A stretch of DNA of 64,000 nucleotides. Source: an uncultured Gammaproteobacteria bacterium. Its GTDB lineage: Bacteria > Patescibacteriota > Microgenomatia > JALYQM01. Of this stretch, positions 1-9,309 are shown piece by piece. Positions within the stretch are counted from its first letter, which is position 1; each line of letters begins with the position of its first letter. The translations under genes were made by a program, and so were the position numbers. The DNA is taken from contig CAZGHS010000001.1 of the NCBI GenBank assembly GCA_964525495.1, positions 102,263 to 166,262 on the forward strand, written 5' to 3'. The notes under the pieces are model-generated. The model did no database searches. It was not told where the DNA came from and saw only the letters and a list, made by a program, of their open reading frames with translations.

Positions 1-39
1 TTAATCAATATACGGAATAATTTTGAACTTTGCAAGAGG

Positions 40-48
40 TTATCCACA
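40..48 (+). promoter_or_regulatory. DnaA-box-like 9-mer TTATCCACA
   Basis: Exact consensus match in an AT-rich intergenic stretch; only one copy visible. Confidence 0.35.
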
Positions 49-115
49 ATTTGTTATAGTTATTTAATTAGGAATAGTTGTTTAATTCTGGCAGTCAAAA
101 ATTTGAGTGATAAGT

Positions 116-739
116 CTAACCGAGGTGCGCATGGTCATTCCACGTAATCAATTTCCAACTCCCCTTCTCATCCACCTCACACAGCGTAATCCCGGTATTA
201 TTCGTAGTCAAAAAATATGAAATATTCAAATGCATATCAGGTACCAGCGCATCCCCAAGCATCATCACACCTATTAACATCCTCAGAAAAGTTCCATGCG
301 TCACCACCAGCATCTTCTCACACTCCTGATGTCGCAAATATTCTAACGCCCGTATCGCCCGATTCCGCACATCAAAAAAATTCTCCTCATCGCTATAATG
401 CCAGTTCTCTTCAGATCGATGCGATCGCATCTCGTGACGTACAGCCAAAACATCATCCGAATCAGTCTTCTTCCCAATTATTTCAGAAGGGATCACCGCT
501 TCTTTCAGCAATTCCGTAAAAACTACTTCCTTCTTCGCTACTTTATTAATTATCAAAGCAGTCTGTTCAGCCCGCAGATAATGACTAGATAAGATCACAT
601 CAATATCAATTTTCTTAAACCGTTTAGCAACTGTCCGCGCCTGGATCATTCCCGTCTCAGTCAAACCCACTTCCGGAACATCATGAATCCTGGACACATT
701 ACTGTGACTCTCGGCATGTCGGACAAAATATACTTTCAT
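116..739 (-). CDS. Histidine phosphatase (phosphoglycerate mutase-like) family protein
   Basis: VRHAES catalytic motif, SSHYLRAEQTA, VVTHG, WNDHAHL. Confidence 0.9.
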   Translation of the reverse strand: MKVYFVRHAESHSNVSRIHDVPEVGLTETGMIQARTVAKRFKKIDIDVILSSHYLRAEQTALIINKVAKKEVVFTELLKEAVIPSEIIGKKTDSDDVLAVRHEMRSHRSEENWHYSDEENFFDVRNRAIRALEYLRHQECEKMLVVTHGTFLRMLIGVMMLGDALVPDMHLNISYFLTTNNTGITLCEVDEKGSWKLITWNDHAHLG

Positions 740-740
740 A

Positions 741-1214
741 CTAATCTTCTTTCACTAAGAGCATTTTCTGCTCCACAAATCCCAAACGTTTATACAGTCG
801 CAACGCATCAGGATTCTGTACATCACAACTTATCTCAATATATTTCACACCTTGTTGTGTAAAGCACTCACACAATGACTCTATTAACTTCGTACCAATC
901 CGCTTTCCCCGCTTATCTTCAGCAACAAAAATATTATCCACCTTACCCACACGATCTACAGACAGCTGCGGATTTCGGCGAACAATATATCCACTCACAA
1001 AACCGCAAATCTCTCCGTTTATCTCTGCAACAAAAAACAAACACTCACGCGCCATCAAATCATGCACATGAGCAAGCAATTGCTCCTCTCCATCCTGTTT
1101 AACCGAATAATATGCATGAAACGGTTCGTGATGCAAGCTCAGCTTATACCAGAGTTTGGCGACTGGCTCAATATCACTCTCCTGTATACGTCGAACAATA
1201 AGATTTTCTATCAT
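741..1214 (-). CDS. GNAT family N-acetyltransferase
   Basis: VAEDKRGKRIG acetyl-CoA motif A; NPDALRLYKRLGF. Confidence 0.9.
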   Translation of the reverse strand: MIENLIVRRIQESDIEPVAKLWYKLSLHHEPFHAYYSVKQDGEEQLLAHVHDLMARECLFFVAEINGEICGFVSGYIVRRNPQLSVDRVGKVDNIFVAEDKRGKRIGTKLIESLCECFTQQGVKYIEISCDVQNPDALRLYKRLGFVEQKMLLVKED

Positions 1215-1266
1215 TCTCTAATTATACCTGCTTTACCTATTTTCCCCTAGACTTTATCATAAACAC

Positions 1267-3378
1267 ATGGATATTCTGCCCCTTATCAAACCACGTTCCG
1301 TGGCGGTAATCGGTGCGTCTCGAGACAGTAAAAAAATCGGCGCACAGATTGTACACAATCTCGTCAAAGCCGGGTACGAAGGCATCATTTATCCCCTCAA
1401 TCCGAAAGCAGAAACAGTCCAAGGCATCCAAGCCTTTGCCAAAGTCAAAGATATCCAAGGTGAGATCGATCTCGTGGTCATCGCAATTCCTAAACAATTT
1501 GTTTCAGATGTCATCAGCGAATGTATCGAGAAAAAAGTCGGATCCATCATCATTATTAGTGCAGGTTTCAAAGAAATCGACAAAGAAGGTGCAGATCTCG
1601 AACGAGACATTGCCCGCAAATGCAAAAAAGCAGATATTCCTCTCTTGGGACCAAATTGTCTGGGTATCATCAATCCGACTATCAAGCTCAATGCTTCATT
1701 CACAGCACAAATGCCGCCTGTCGGACCAATCACTTTTATATCCCAATCAGGAGCATTTGGCACCGCAGCTATCGACTGGGCAGCCAAACACCAGCTCGGG
1801 TTCAATTTATTTGCATCGCTCGGCAACAAAGCCTTATTAAATGAAAACCATTTCCTACAGACTGTGCAATCCGGCACCAAAGCAGTAGCTATGTATCTGG
1901 AGGATATCGCAGACGGTGCACAATTTCTCGACCACGCGTCATCGCTCTCACAAAACACACCGGTCATATTGCTTAAACCAGGCAAAAGCAAAAACGCCCA
2001 AGAAGCAGCCAAATCTCACACTGGTGCACTGACAGGTTCAGACAGTGTTGTCTCAACTGCCTGTAAACAAGCTGGCATTATACGCGCACAAAACTCACAA
2101 GAACTGTTCGACTTGATCAAAGCATTCTCTTTCCTCGGGGAACTAAAAGGCAACAAAATTGCCATTATCACCAACGCAGGTGGACCAAGCATCATGGCCA
2201 CAGACGCACTAGATGAAGAAGGGCTCGAACTCGCATCACTCCCAGAGCAAACACAAAACATGCTGCGCCAATATTTGCCGCGTGAATCAAATGTCCACGA
2301 TCCAATAGATCTCATCGGCGACGCTAAAGCCGACCGCTACGACCACGCTCTCGAAATTGTACTAAATGAAAAAAATGTCGACGCCTGTCTGGTACTTCTC
2401 ACTCCACAATCATCAACCGAGATCGAACTCACCGCAGAACACATAGTCAAACACGCCAAAGCCAGCGGTAAGCCAGTCATAGCTTCCTTCATTGGTGGTG
2501 TGCATTTAGAAAAAGGTATCCGCATACTAAACACACACCAAATCCCCTGCTACGAATACCCCGAGCAAGCAGTCAAAGTGCTCGGCAAAGTCTGGCAATA
2601 TTACAGTTCTCGAAATAAAACACAAATCTCACCATCGCAAGCAACGGGATCATTTGTTCCGCACCCAGTGCAACAAAAAACTATCCAGACAGCTATCCAA
2701 GAAGGCCGTCACACACTCAGCCAGGAAGAAGCCGAGAGCTTACTGAAAGAAGTTGGCGTCCACACACCACAGCGCAAAAATGTTGATTCAGAAGAATCTG
2801 CATGGCAAGCAGCCCTCACACTCGGTACTCCTGTTGTAATGAAAATCTCATCACCGCAGATCGTACACAAAACAGAGTCACACGCAGTCGCACTTAACCT
2901 CATGCACGAAGAAGAAGTAACCGATGCGTACCAACGCCTCGAACTAATTCTCCAAAAAGCAGGCGGTCAGGGCACTATCTATGTCCAAAAACAAATTCCC
3001 AAAACCCTCGAGCTCCTCCTCGGTATGAAACGCGATCCTATCTTTGGTCCAGTCATAGTGTTCGGATACGGTGGAATTTATACAGAAATTTTCAAAGACG
3101 TCAGTTCACGCATCGCCCCACTCAGCCGCAACTCTGCATCAGAAATGATTCAGGAAACCAAAATTGCAAAGATTCTCGAAGGCTACAGAAACGAAGAAAA
3201 ACACGATCTCACACCACTCGTCCACGCACTCACTGGACTCGCCAACATTGCCAGATCATACCCAGAGATTCAAGAGATCGATCTCAACCCAATCGTCCTC
3301 TTCAACAACCAACCGATCACCCTCGATGCACGGGTAATTTTAAAAATCAGTAAAACACAAAATCAAGCAACCAGTTAA
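1267..3378 (+). CDS. Acetate--CoA ligase (ADP-forming), fused alpha/beta
   Basis: PRSVAVIGAS CoA-binding start, GPNCLG, SQSGA, SHTGAL phospho-His, C-terminal ATP-grasp (HKTE, DLNP). Confidence 0.9.
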   Translation: MDILPLIKPRSVAVIGASRDSKKIGAQIVHNLVKAGYEGIIYPLNPKAETVQGIQAFAKVKDIQGEIDLVVIAIPKQFVSDVISECIEKKVGSIIIISAGFKEIDKEGADLERDIARKCKKADIPLLGPNCLGIINPTIKLNASFTAQMPPVGPITFISQSGAFGTAAIDWAAKHQLGFNLFASLGNKALLNENHFLQTVQSGTKAVAMYLEDIADGAQFLDHASSLSQNTPVILLKPGKSKNAQEAAKSHTGALTGSDSVVSTACKQAGIIRAQNSQELFDLIKAFSFLGELKGNKIAIITNAGGPSIMATDALDEEGLELASLPEQTQNMLRQYLPRESNVHDPIDLIGDAKADRYDHALEIVLNEKNVDACLVLLTPQSSTEIELTAEHIVKHAKASGKPVIASFIGGVHLEKGIRILNTHQIPCYEYPEQAVKVLGKVWQYYSSRNKTQISPSQATGSFVPHPVQQKTIQTAIQEGRHTLSQEEAESLLKEVGVHTPQRKNVDSEESAWQAALTLGTPVVMKISSPQIVHKTESHAVALNLMHEEEVTDAYQRLELILQKAGGQGTIYVQKQIPKTLELLLGMKRDPIFGPVIVFGYGGIYTEIFKDVSSRIAPLSRNSASEMIQETKIAKILEGYRNEEKHDLTPLVHALTGLANIARSYPEIQEIDLNPIVLFNNQPITLDARVILKISKTQNQATS

Positions 3379-3871
3379 ATAATATAAACAAATAACTATA
3401 CGGCAAAGTTGCAGCGCAGAACAAGTGGACTTTAGAGAAAGAAACAAAAAATTTCTTTAAAAATAAAAGTGCCGACACAAATGGCATAAATATAAAACTA
3501 GCTAGCATAAAGAAAGTAACCCAATTTGGCGTAAAGATTCTATATCCGCCACTATATGAAACGTGGCTTGATGGTACAAAAAACTTAGAAAGTAGATACG
3601 AAAGTATTAGAGCTAAAATCAGTCCTAAAATATAAGACCCCGTTGAAACCAATAACAATTTTCCAACAAACCGCCAATCTTTTTTACGAATAACCATCAC
3701 AATAATACACACAATACTTACTAAAACCAAAATCAGCATTGCGGAGTTTAGAAGTTCAAAATATCCTATTGCTGGATCCGCAATACGATAGGAAAGCGAA
3801 GTATTAGAAATAGCCGAATCCGTCGCGCGAAGTTGAAAACTTGTAGCTCTTATAGCAAGTTCATTATTCAT
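3347..3871 (-). CDS. Hypothetical multi-pass membrane protein
   Basis: About four hydrophobic segments; start set at ATG 3871 to avoid overlapping the divergent gene. Confidence 0.6.
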   Translation of the reverse strand: MNNELAIRATSFQLRATDSAISNTSLSYRIADPAIGYFELLNSAMLILVLVSIVCIIVMVIRKKDWRFVGKLLLVSTGSYILGLILALILSYLLSKFFVPSSHVSYSGGYRIFTPNWVTFFMLASFIFMPFVSALLFLKKFFVSFSKVHLFCAATLPYSYLFILFNWLLDFVFY

Positions 3872-3899
3872 ATATCTGCTTTTAGTATATACTTGAACC

Positions 3900-4928
3900 A
3901 TGAAGAGTAAATACTCTACCAAAGAATTAGTCCTCATAATAGCCATACTCGCAGTAAGCTCTATCTCAACATTCGTTGCAGGCTATTTCATCAACGACCT
4001 CCTCCATCCAACAATTCCAAACACATCACCCCAAGCATCAACTGACCCTAACACCCCGTCTACAAACCTTAACTCTTTCTTGCCCGACAAACACTACATG
4101 CTCGATACGATCATGGTCATAAATAAAGAAGAACCACACGAAACACTCGTCGCAAGCGTAGGCAGGGCCCAAGGCAATATACGATACAATCAAAATACGC
4201 GTGTCAGCTATTTCGACGGCAAAAACTGGATGCGCGAAATCCGCGACGACAGCAACGACTCTCTCTCCATATTCAGCAACAATATAGTCAAAAAATGGAA
4301 AATAGACATCAACCCAACACGAGTTCTCAAGGAAAAAGTAACTGGACAAATCACTATCAAAAATAACCAGGTAGATTTCGCTACGCAAGAATTCCAAAAC
4401 GAAATTGGTATGCGCAGTCTCCCAGGATATACCAAATTCATGTCGCGGACCGATGGAACAATACAAACAAATGGCAAAACCAGCGATGCATACGTTCTAT
4501 ACACGCGCATCTTCTCTCTCAATGCCTCAGATATTCAGTTCTACGGAGTGCCACTTGGAGTTACGACCGAATGGCTTGGATTTTGGGACACCAAAAATAA
4601 TTTTTATCATATTGATAAAACCAACGTGGTTCGAAAAACAGATATCTACGAATCTCACGAAATCGGAGTCAAAGTCGATCCCAACACCACCGTTTCCAAA
4701 ACTTTCTCAATTAGCTCACAGCGAGATAACAACAATGATCCTAAACAATTCACTTTCGGATTCGGAAACCCTATCAACGACACCATCAAAGTAAACCGTC
4801 TGAACATGAACAACAAAGCCCCTACTCCACTCACCATCTGGCAGATGTCCCAAGTCTCAGGCACAGTCACTACACCACAAGGCGAAACCATAAAAGGTTT
4901 TGGATTATTGGAATATATTAAAGACTAG
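3900..4928 (+). CDS. Hypothetical membrane-anchored extracellular protein
   Basis: N-terminal TM helix, P/T-rich linker, beta-rich body; TATACT 6 nt before ATG. Confidence 0.75.
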   Translation: MKSKYSTKELVLIIAILAVSSISTFVAGYFINDLLHPTIPNTSPQASTDPNTPSTNLNSFLPDKHYMLDTIMVINKEEPHETLVASVGRAQGNIRYNQNTRVSYFDGKNWMREIRDDSNDSLSIFSNNIVKKWKIDINPTRVLKEKVTGQITIKNNQVDFATQEFQNEIGMRSLPGYTKFMSRTDGTIQTNGKTSDAYVLYTRIFSLNASDIQFYGVPLGVTTEWLGFWDTKNNFYHIDKTNVVRKTDIYESHEIGVKVDPNTTVSKTFSISSQRDNNNDPKQFTFGFGNPINDTIKVNRLNMNNKAPTPLTIWQMSQVSGTVTTPQGETIKGFGLLEYIKD

Positions 4929-4933
4929 AGTTA

Positions 4934-5094
4934 TTTAAGCCGCTGAAGAAATATTTTAAAATTGACCTTCTTTGACATACAATTTGTCAAAGCAGAGTTT
5001 CTACGCGCATATGTTGCGCGAAACGCGCCTTGGCTGAAAGCCATAAGTACTCTTGGAGTGTGTCAATGTAAAATATTTCAAAAGAAGGCTTAAA
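4934..5094. ncRNA. Putative multibranched structured RNA between convergent genes
   Basis: TTTAAGCC/GGCTTAAA (4934-4941/5087-5094), GAAATATTTTA/TAAAATATTTC (4948-4958/5069-5079), ATTGAC/GTCAAT, plus inner hairpins. Confidence 0.5.
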
Positions 5095-5099
5095 CGTAT

Positions 5100-5393
5100 T
5101 TAAAACAGCGGCCGCTCTGGATGAATCATCTTCAGCACCACACCTACACACACTGCAATTATCACAAGCACAACAACCGCATACCCAATTCCCTTCCATA
5201 TAGATTTCTTACTCATCCGACTCCACAGCGCTCCTGCACCTAAAGCAGGAACAGAAAACCCCGCTATCAACACAGCTAAGATCTTTGCAATCGGAATAAG
5301 TATCAGAGCAGGAAGGAATATGATTCCATACGAGTTTTCAGGTACAATAAAAGCAATACAGAGAAACGCAATCGCAAACACGAGGGAATACAT
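5100..5393 (-). CDS. Small hydrophobic membrane protein
   Basis: 97 aa, about three TM segments. Confidence 0.6.
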   Translation of the reverse strand: MYSLVFAIAFLCIAFIVPENSYGIIFLPALILIPIAKILAVLIAGFSVPALGAGALWSRMSKKSIWKGIGYAVVVLVIIAVCVGVVLKMIHPERPLF

Positions 5394-6743
5394 ATGGATA
5401 ATTATAAACTATACACCGGCGGATTAGCAGAGACTGTTCCCAATCCCTCACTACTCACATACTCCTTTCTCAAGCACTGGTTCAACACTAACAACAGCCT
5501 TGGCCGAGCATTAGATATTCTTCAATTACCACACCTCAAGTCCGACGAACCAATCATCACGCGCATAGACACCCAACTATATATCGATCTCCAAAAAGAA
5601 GAATCGGTACTCTATCGACCAACCATATTTGCATACAAAAACAGTTCAAACCCATCTCTCACTCCCCAACTAACTATCAGTCCGCTCAAAATATTTTCCA
5701 TCAAAAACTTGAGCAACACACTCAAAATTCTCACCAAACAATCCGAGTGGATCGCCCATCCTGAAAAAGTAATTCAAAAAGCACAAGAACTCGACCAAGC
5801 AGTCTCACCCGTAGTTCAACCTTCCAACGAAAAAACTGACCAATATCTTTCAGAAGTAGCTTGGCCGCACACCATAGCCATCGGCATGCTCGCTGAGTTC
5901 TATACTCATCTCCTCAACTCATACAAATTGCCAACAGAAGCCAAAGAAAAAATCACACAATATATTACACAACAAACATCTCACACCGATTGGATTATTC
6001 AGTCGTTACGAGACATGGCAAAAGTTAAATCAGGCGAGTTCGCCCTAAATCAATATATGCACGAATATGGTTTACGAGCAGACCAAGACTACGAACTCGC
6101 TACGCCTCGATGGATTGAACAACCAGACCTCATGCAACAACGAATCGACCAAAGCACGCGATTCTCTGAATCACCAACCATCGAATTATCTTTACCAGAA
6201 AATATTCAAAAAATAGTTGAAACAATTATCACACTACAAACACTCCGCACATCAATCCGCAAAAAAATGCTCCCGCATATTAATCAACTCAGACTTGCAG
6301 CGCTCAAAAAATACGGCCCTAAATACGATTTCAACACCACCACTCGCGAATTATTATTATTCAACCAATCCAACACCCAGACCGACGAGATTCCAATTAC
6401 TCAGCCAATCCTCACCTCTTACGAACAACAAGGAAAGGGTTTAGAAATATCGGCAGGTATTGTCCGAGCCAAAGTAAAACACATTACTAATTCACTAGAA
6501 GAAATTCCCGCGCAAACCATCTGCATTTTCCCCAATGCCAGTCCAGAATTTTCTATTCAGTTCCCAAAGGCCATGGGCATCATATTCCTCATCGGCGGAC
6601 AAACTTCCCACGGAGCAATAGTCACACGCGAATACAAAATCCCAGCACTCGCCGACGCAAACGCTAAAAACATCCCAGACAATACAGAAATAGAAATAAA
6701 CGGAACAACCGGAGATTGGAAAATTATTCCACCACGCAGTTAG
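5394..6743 (+). CDS. Protein with C-terminal PEP-utilising enzyme mobile (swivel phospho-His) domain
   Basis: GGQTSHGAIVTREYKIPA motif; YGLRA-x3-YELATPRW resembles the central region of rifampin phosphotransferase-like proteins. Confidence 0.75.
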   Translation: MDNYKLYTGGLAETVPNPSLLTYSFLKHWFNTNNSLGRALDILQLPHLKSDEPIITRIDTQLYIDLQKEESVLYRPTIFAYKNSSNPSLTPQLTISPLKIFSIKNLSNTLKILTKQSEWIAHPEKVIQKAQELDQAVSPVVQPSNEKTDQYLSEVAWPHTIAIGMLAEFYTHLLNSYKLPTEAKEKITQYITQQTSHTDWIIQSLRDMAKVKSGEFALNQYMHEYGLRADQDYELATPRWIEQPDLMQQRIDQSTRFSESPTIELSLPENIQKIVETIITLQTLRTSIRKKMLPHINQLRLAALKKYGPKYDFNTTTRELLLFNQSNTQTDEIPITQPILTSYEQQGKGLEISAGIVRAKVKHITNSLEEIPAQTICIFPNASPEFSIQFPKAMGIIFLIGGQTSHGAIVTREYKIPALADANAKNIPDNTEIEINGTTGDWKIIPPRS

Positions 6744-7461
6744 TAAAAATCTTCACCTTTGGCAAATCTTTCCATAAACGCGCCGGTATCTCAGCAATCT
6801 TGCCTTCACCAAACGCGCGTTTTAACACAGCTTCTTTTTCAGCACCAGTCACGTACACAAAAGAATAATCTGCCTGCTCCAATGCAGCCAGCGTCAAAGT
6901 GATACGCTCGGGATATTGATTCTTATCACCCACATCATACCCAACTACAAATTGAGAAGTAGTAAGAAACGTTTCCTCAAAAAAGTTCATATCTTCAGGA
7001 TAAGGAAACATTCCCGCTGTATGCCCATCTGTACCCATACCCAAAAGTGAAATAATTACGCCTTCATGATCTTGAATATCTTCAATCAAATCTTTAATCT
7101 GTTCCTCATATCTATCAGCGACAGCAATCAAACCGTCCTTCACATCTCCTATGTCAACCAAAGTTGCACCCCGCTCCATAAACAATCGCGCTGACTCCAT
7201 CTCAGCAAAAGCTTTTGCATTCGAGTATTGAATATCCAAACGCTCATCCAGTGGAGCAAAAATTACCTGATGCAGATCGACATCCACTAGAGCTTCGTAC
7301 AAATACTGCATCACTTTCAAACCAGAACCACCCGAATATAAAACTAAAACAGGCTGAGATTCCGCACCACGTATAATCTGTGCAATATTCTGAGCACAAC
7401 GTCGCTGAACTTCCTGTTCGGATTCGAAGTAAAATAATTCCATATACTGAGTATACCGCAT
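6724..7461 (-). CDS. 6-phosphogluconolactonase / glucosamine-6-P isomerase family
   Basis: SGGS, DER, LGMGTDGHTAG, RITLT, GAEK motifs. Confidence 0.8.
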   Translation of the reverse strand: MRYTQYMELFYFESEQEVQRRCAQNIAQIIRGAESQPVLVLYSGGSGLKVMQYLYEALVDVDLHQVIFAPLDERLDIQYSNAKAFAEMESARLFMERGATLVDIGDVKDGLIAVADRYEEQIKDLIEDIQDHEGVIISLLGMGTDGHTAGMFPYPEDMNFFEETFLTTSQFVVGYDVGDKNQYPERITLTLAALEQADYSFVYVTGAEKEAVLKRAFGEGKIAEIPARLWKDLPKVKIFTNCVVE

Positions 7462-9275
7462 TATGCGGCTGGCGGAGTTTCAGGAGTAGCACTACGCGCT
7501 TTATTGGTTACACGATAGTGCATATACTTTCCAAGCATCAAACGAGTCTGTGCATCAAGCGCTGGCAACGTTCCATACGTCAAAATCATAAACGGCACCA
7601 ACAACCACTGCAAAAACACAAATACATGCTGGTACCATTTCCAACCCTTAGGTCGTGGAGGAATAATTTTCTCATGCATATAGACAGTCAAAAACAAACT
7701 CAAGAATGCCAATGTCAAAATATACGATGAGATTTTAGGAAGATTCTGAGCAGCAGTAGTCTTATCAAACTCAGGATTAAAAATAGGAATGATCATACCA
7801 CCAAATGTCACAATCAATGCCAAAGTCGCCCATGATCCATACGACCACAACACGAAAAATAATTTACCGGTCTTATCCATAAAAGGCGTTTCAGGAGAAC
7901 GAAAATACGACTTCACAATAAACGGAATATGTTCCACACCATAAGCCCAACGTCGAAACTGCAAATACTGATTCTGTAGTGTCTTCACAAGCGTCACGTC
8001 CTGCACGGCGTCAGCAGAAATAGGCAAAAAGTGCGGTATTACTTTATAGTCACCGTTAAAATGATAATACGCTTTCCAATAGAATCCCGAGTCATCGTTA
8101 ACTTTATCCGGCATCCACAAACCTAGTTCCCACATTGATTTAAAACTCATAGTCAAAGAAGCAAAGTTAATATATTTGTCGCTGAAAGCCATTTCAGACA
8201 ATTGCCAAAAAGCAGTTGATACGGCAATTACACGCATAGGTGCCGGTGTCGTCCAATAATTATTGTTGTATAAAAACGCACCAGTAAACGATCTCTTATC
8301 TCGTTCGTGCACAGGCAAAGATAAATACGAACAGGTCGCAGCTGCAATGAACTGTGGATGCACTACAAAATCCGCATCAAGTGTCGTAACCAAAACATCT
8401 TGCAATGAGATACCAAGTTTATCAAGTTCTGCCTTAGCATTTCGTAAGGCAGTGTTTCTATTTGTGGCCGGCCCTTGCAACTCACCTTCCTTCAAACGAT
8501 TCACCGATACAAAAAACCCACCAATCTTATCACCGTACTTCGCCACCAAATATTCTGCATTCTTCGGACCAATCTCCTTATCTTTCTCTTCTAATCCAAG
8601 AGCAATATAAATCTTTTCTTTAGGATAATTTAACTCTGAAATCGCCTTAATATTTGGCTCTAACACTTCCAAACTCTCTTTGTACGTTGGAATCGCAAAC
8701 ACATGATACAAACGATCTACATCCTCTGGAAATTCTTCTTCCAGCTTTTTTCTCCAGTCTATCTGCTCCGCAGCTCGCATCTTCCGATACCCTACCACAA
8801 CAAATATCGCGATGCGCATTGCCTTAAAAAACCAAAACACGTTAGCAGCAATCACCAAGTACACCAGCATCGTAGGCAAACGAAGCGCCAATAAAATAGG
8901 CGAAGCCAAAACCAAATAAGTTAAAAATCCAGGTAAAATCTCCAATCCTCGATTAATCTGACGATGATAACGATGAGCTACCGACAACTCACGATCCTGC
9001 GAAACCAAAAAGCCTTTATAAAGAACATGGTGCACCACAATAGATAAACCAAATCCATAAAAAGCTAAAGGTAATAATGAAGAGAAGATAGGGTTAGAAC
9101 CACCCTGACCAAATATGCTAAAAAACACACCCAGTACCAGGATCATAGCCCCAAGATACGAGTAACGATAATCCCTCACCCGATCCTTCATACGCTCAAA
9201 AAGTCGCCGTATAAACAAATCTGTCAGGAAAAACCCTACAAAGAAAGTAAAAGTAAATACAAAAATTCCAGCCAT
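7461..9275 (-). CDS. Membrane glycosyltransferase family 2
   Basis: IPTYKE, DAD, DD and QFRRW motifs flanked by TM helices. Confidence 0.85.
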   Translation of the reverse strand: MAGIFVFTFTFFVGFFLTDLFIRRLFERMKDRVRDYRYSYLGAMILVLGVFFSIFGQGGSNPIFSSLLPLAFYGFGLSIVVHHVLYKGFLVSQDRELSVAHRYHRQINRGLEILPGFLTYLVLASPILLALRLPTMLVYLVIAANVFWFFKAMRIAIFVVVGYRKMRAAEQIDWRKKLEEEFPEDVDRLYHVFAIPTYKESLEVLEPNIKAISELNYPKEKIYIALGLEEKDKEIGPKNAEYLVAKYGDKIGGFFVSVNRLKEGELQGPATNRNTALRNAKAELDKLGISLQDVLVTTLDADFVVHPQFIAAATCSYLSLPVHERDKRSFTGAFLYNNNYWTTPAPMRVIAVSTAFWQLSEMAFSDKYINFASLTMSFKSMWELGLWMPDKVNDDSGFYWKAYYHFNGDYKVIPHFLPISADAVQDVTLVKTLQNQYLQFRRWAYGVEHIPFIVKSYFRSPETPFMDKTGKLFFVLWSYGSWATLALIVTFGGMIIPIFNPEFDKTTAAQNLPKISSYILTLAFLSLFLTVYMHEKIIPPRPKGWKWYQHVFVFLQWLLVPFMILTYGTLPALDAQTRLMLGKYMHYRVTNKARSATPETPPAA

Positions 9276-9309
9276 AAATCAACTTACGTAAGGGACATTA
9301 TACCAAATT

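Noticed and set aside
1-115. Possible replication origin (DnaA box plus AT-rich DNA)
   Set aside because: Only one box is visible, and the C-rich plus strand to its right is not what is expected immediately right of an origin; upstream context is missing.
1313-2903. Many 60-200 aa alternative-frame and antisense ORFs here and throughout the track
   Set aside because: They are shadows of well-supported genes, with no motifs and compositions reflecting strand skew.
741-3378. Split Pat/Pka protein acetyltransferase (GNAT next to an acyl-CoA synthetase fold)
   Set aside because: The ligase keeps both catalytic His motifs (SHTG, HKTE) and the genes are divergent; an ordinary ADP-forming ligase is the simpler reading.
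4943-5025. Second hammerhead (CTGAAGA ... CGAAAC)
   Set aside because: The motifs do not flank a common stem II and no stem I/III with an NUH site can be built.
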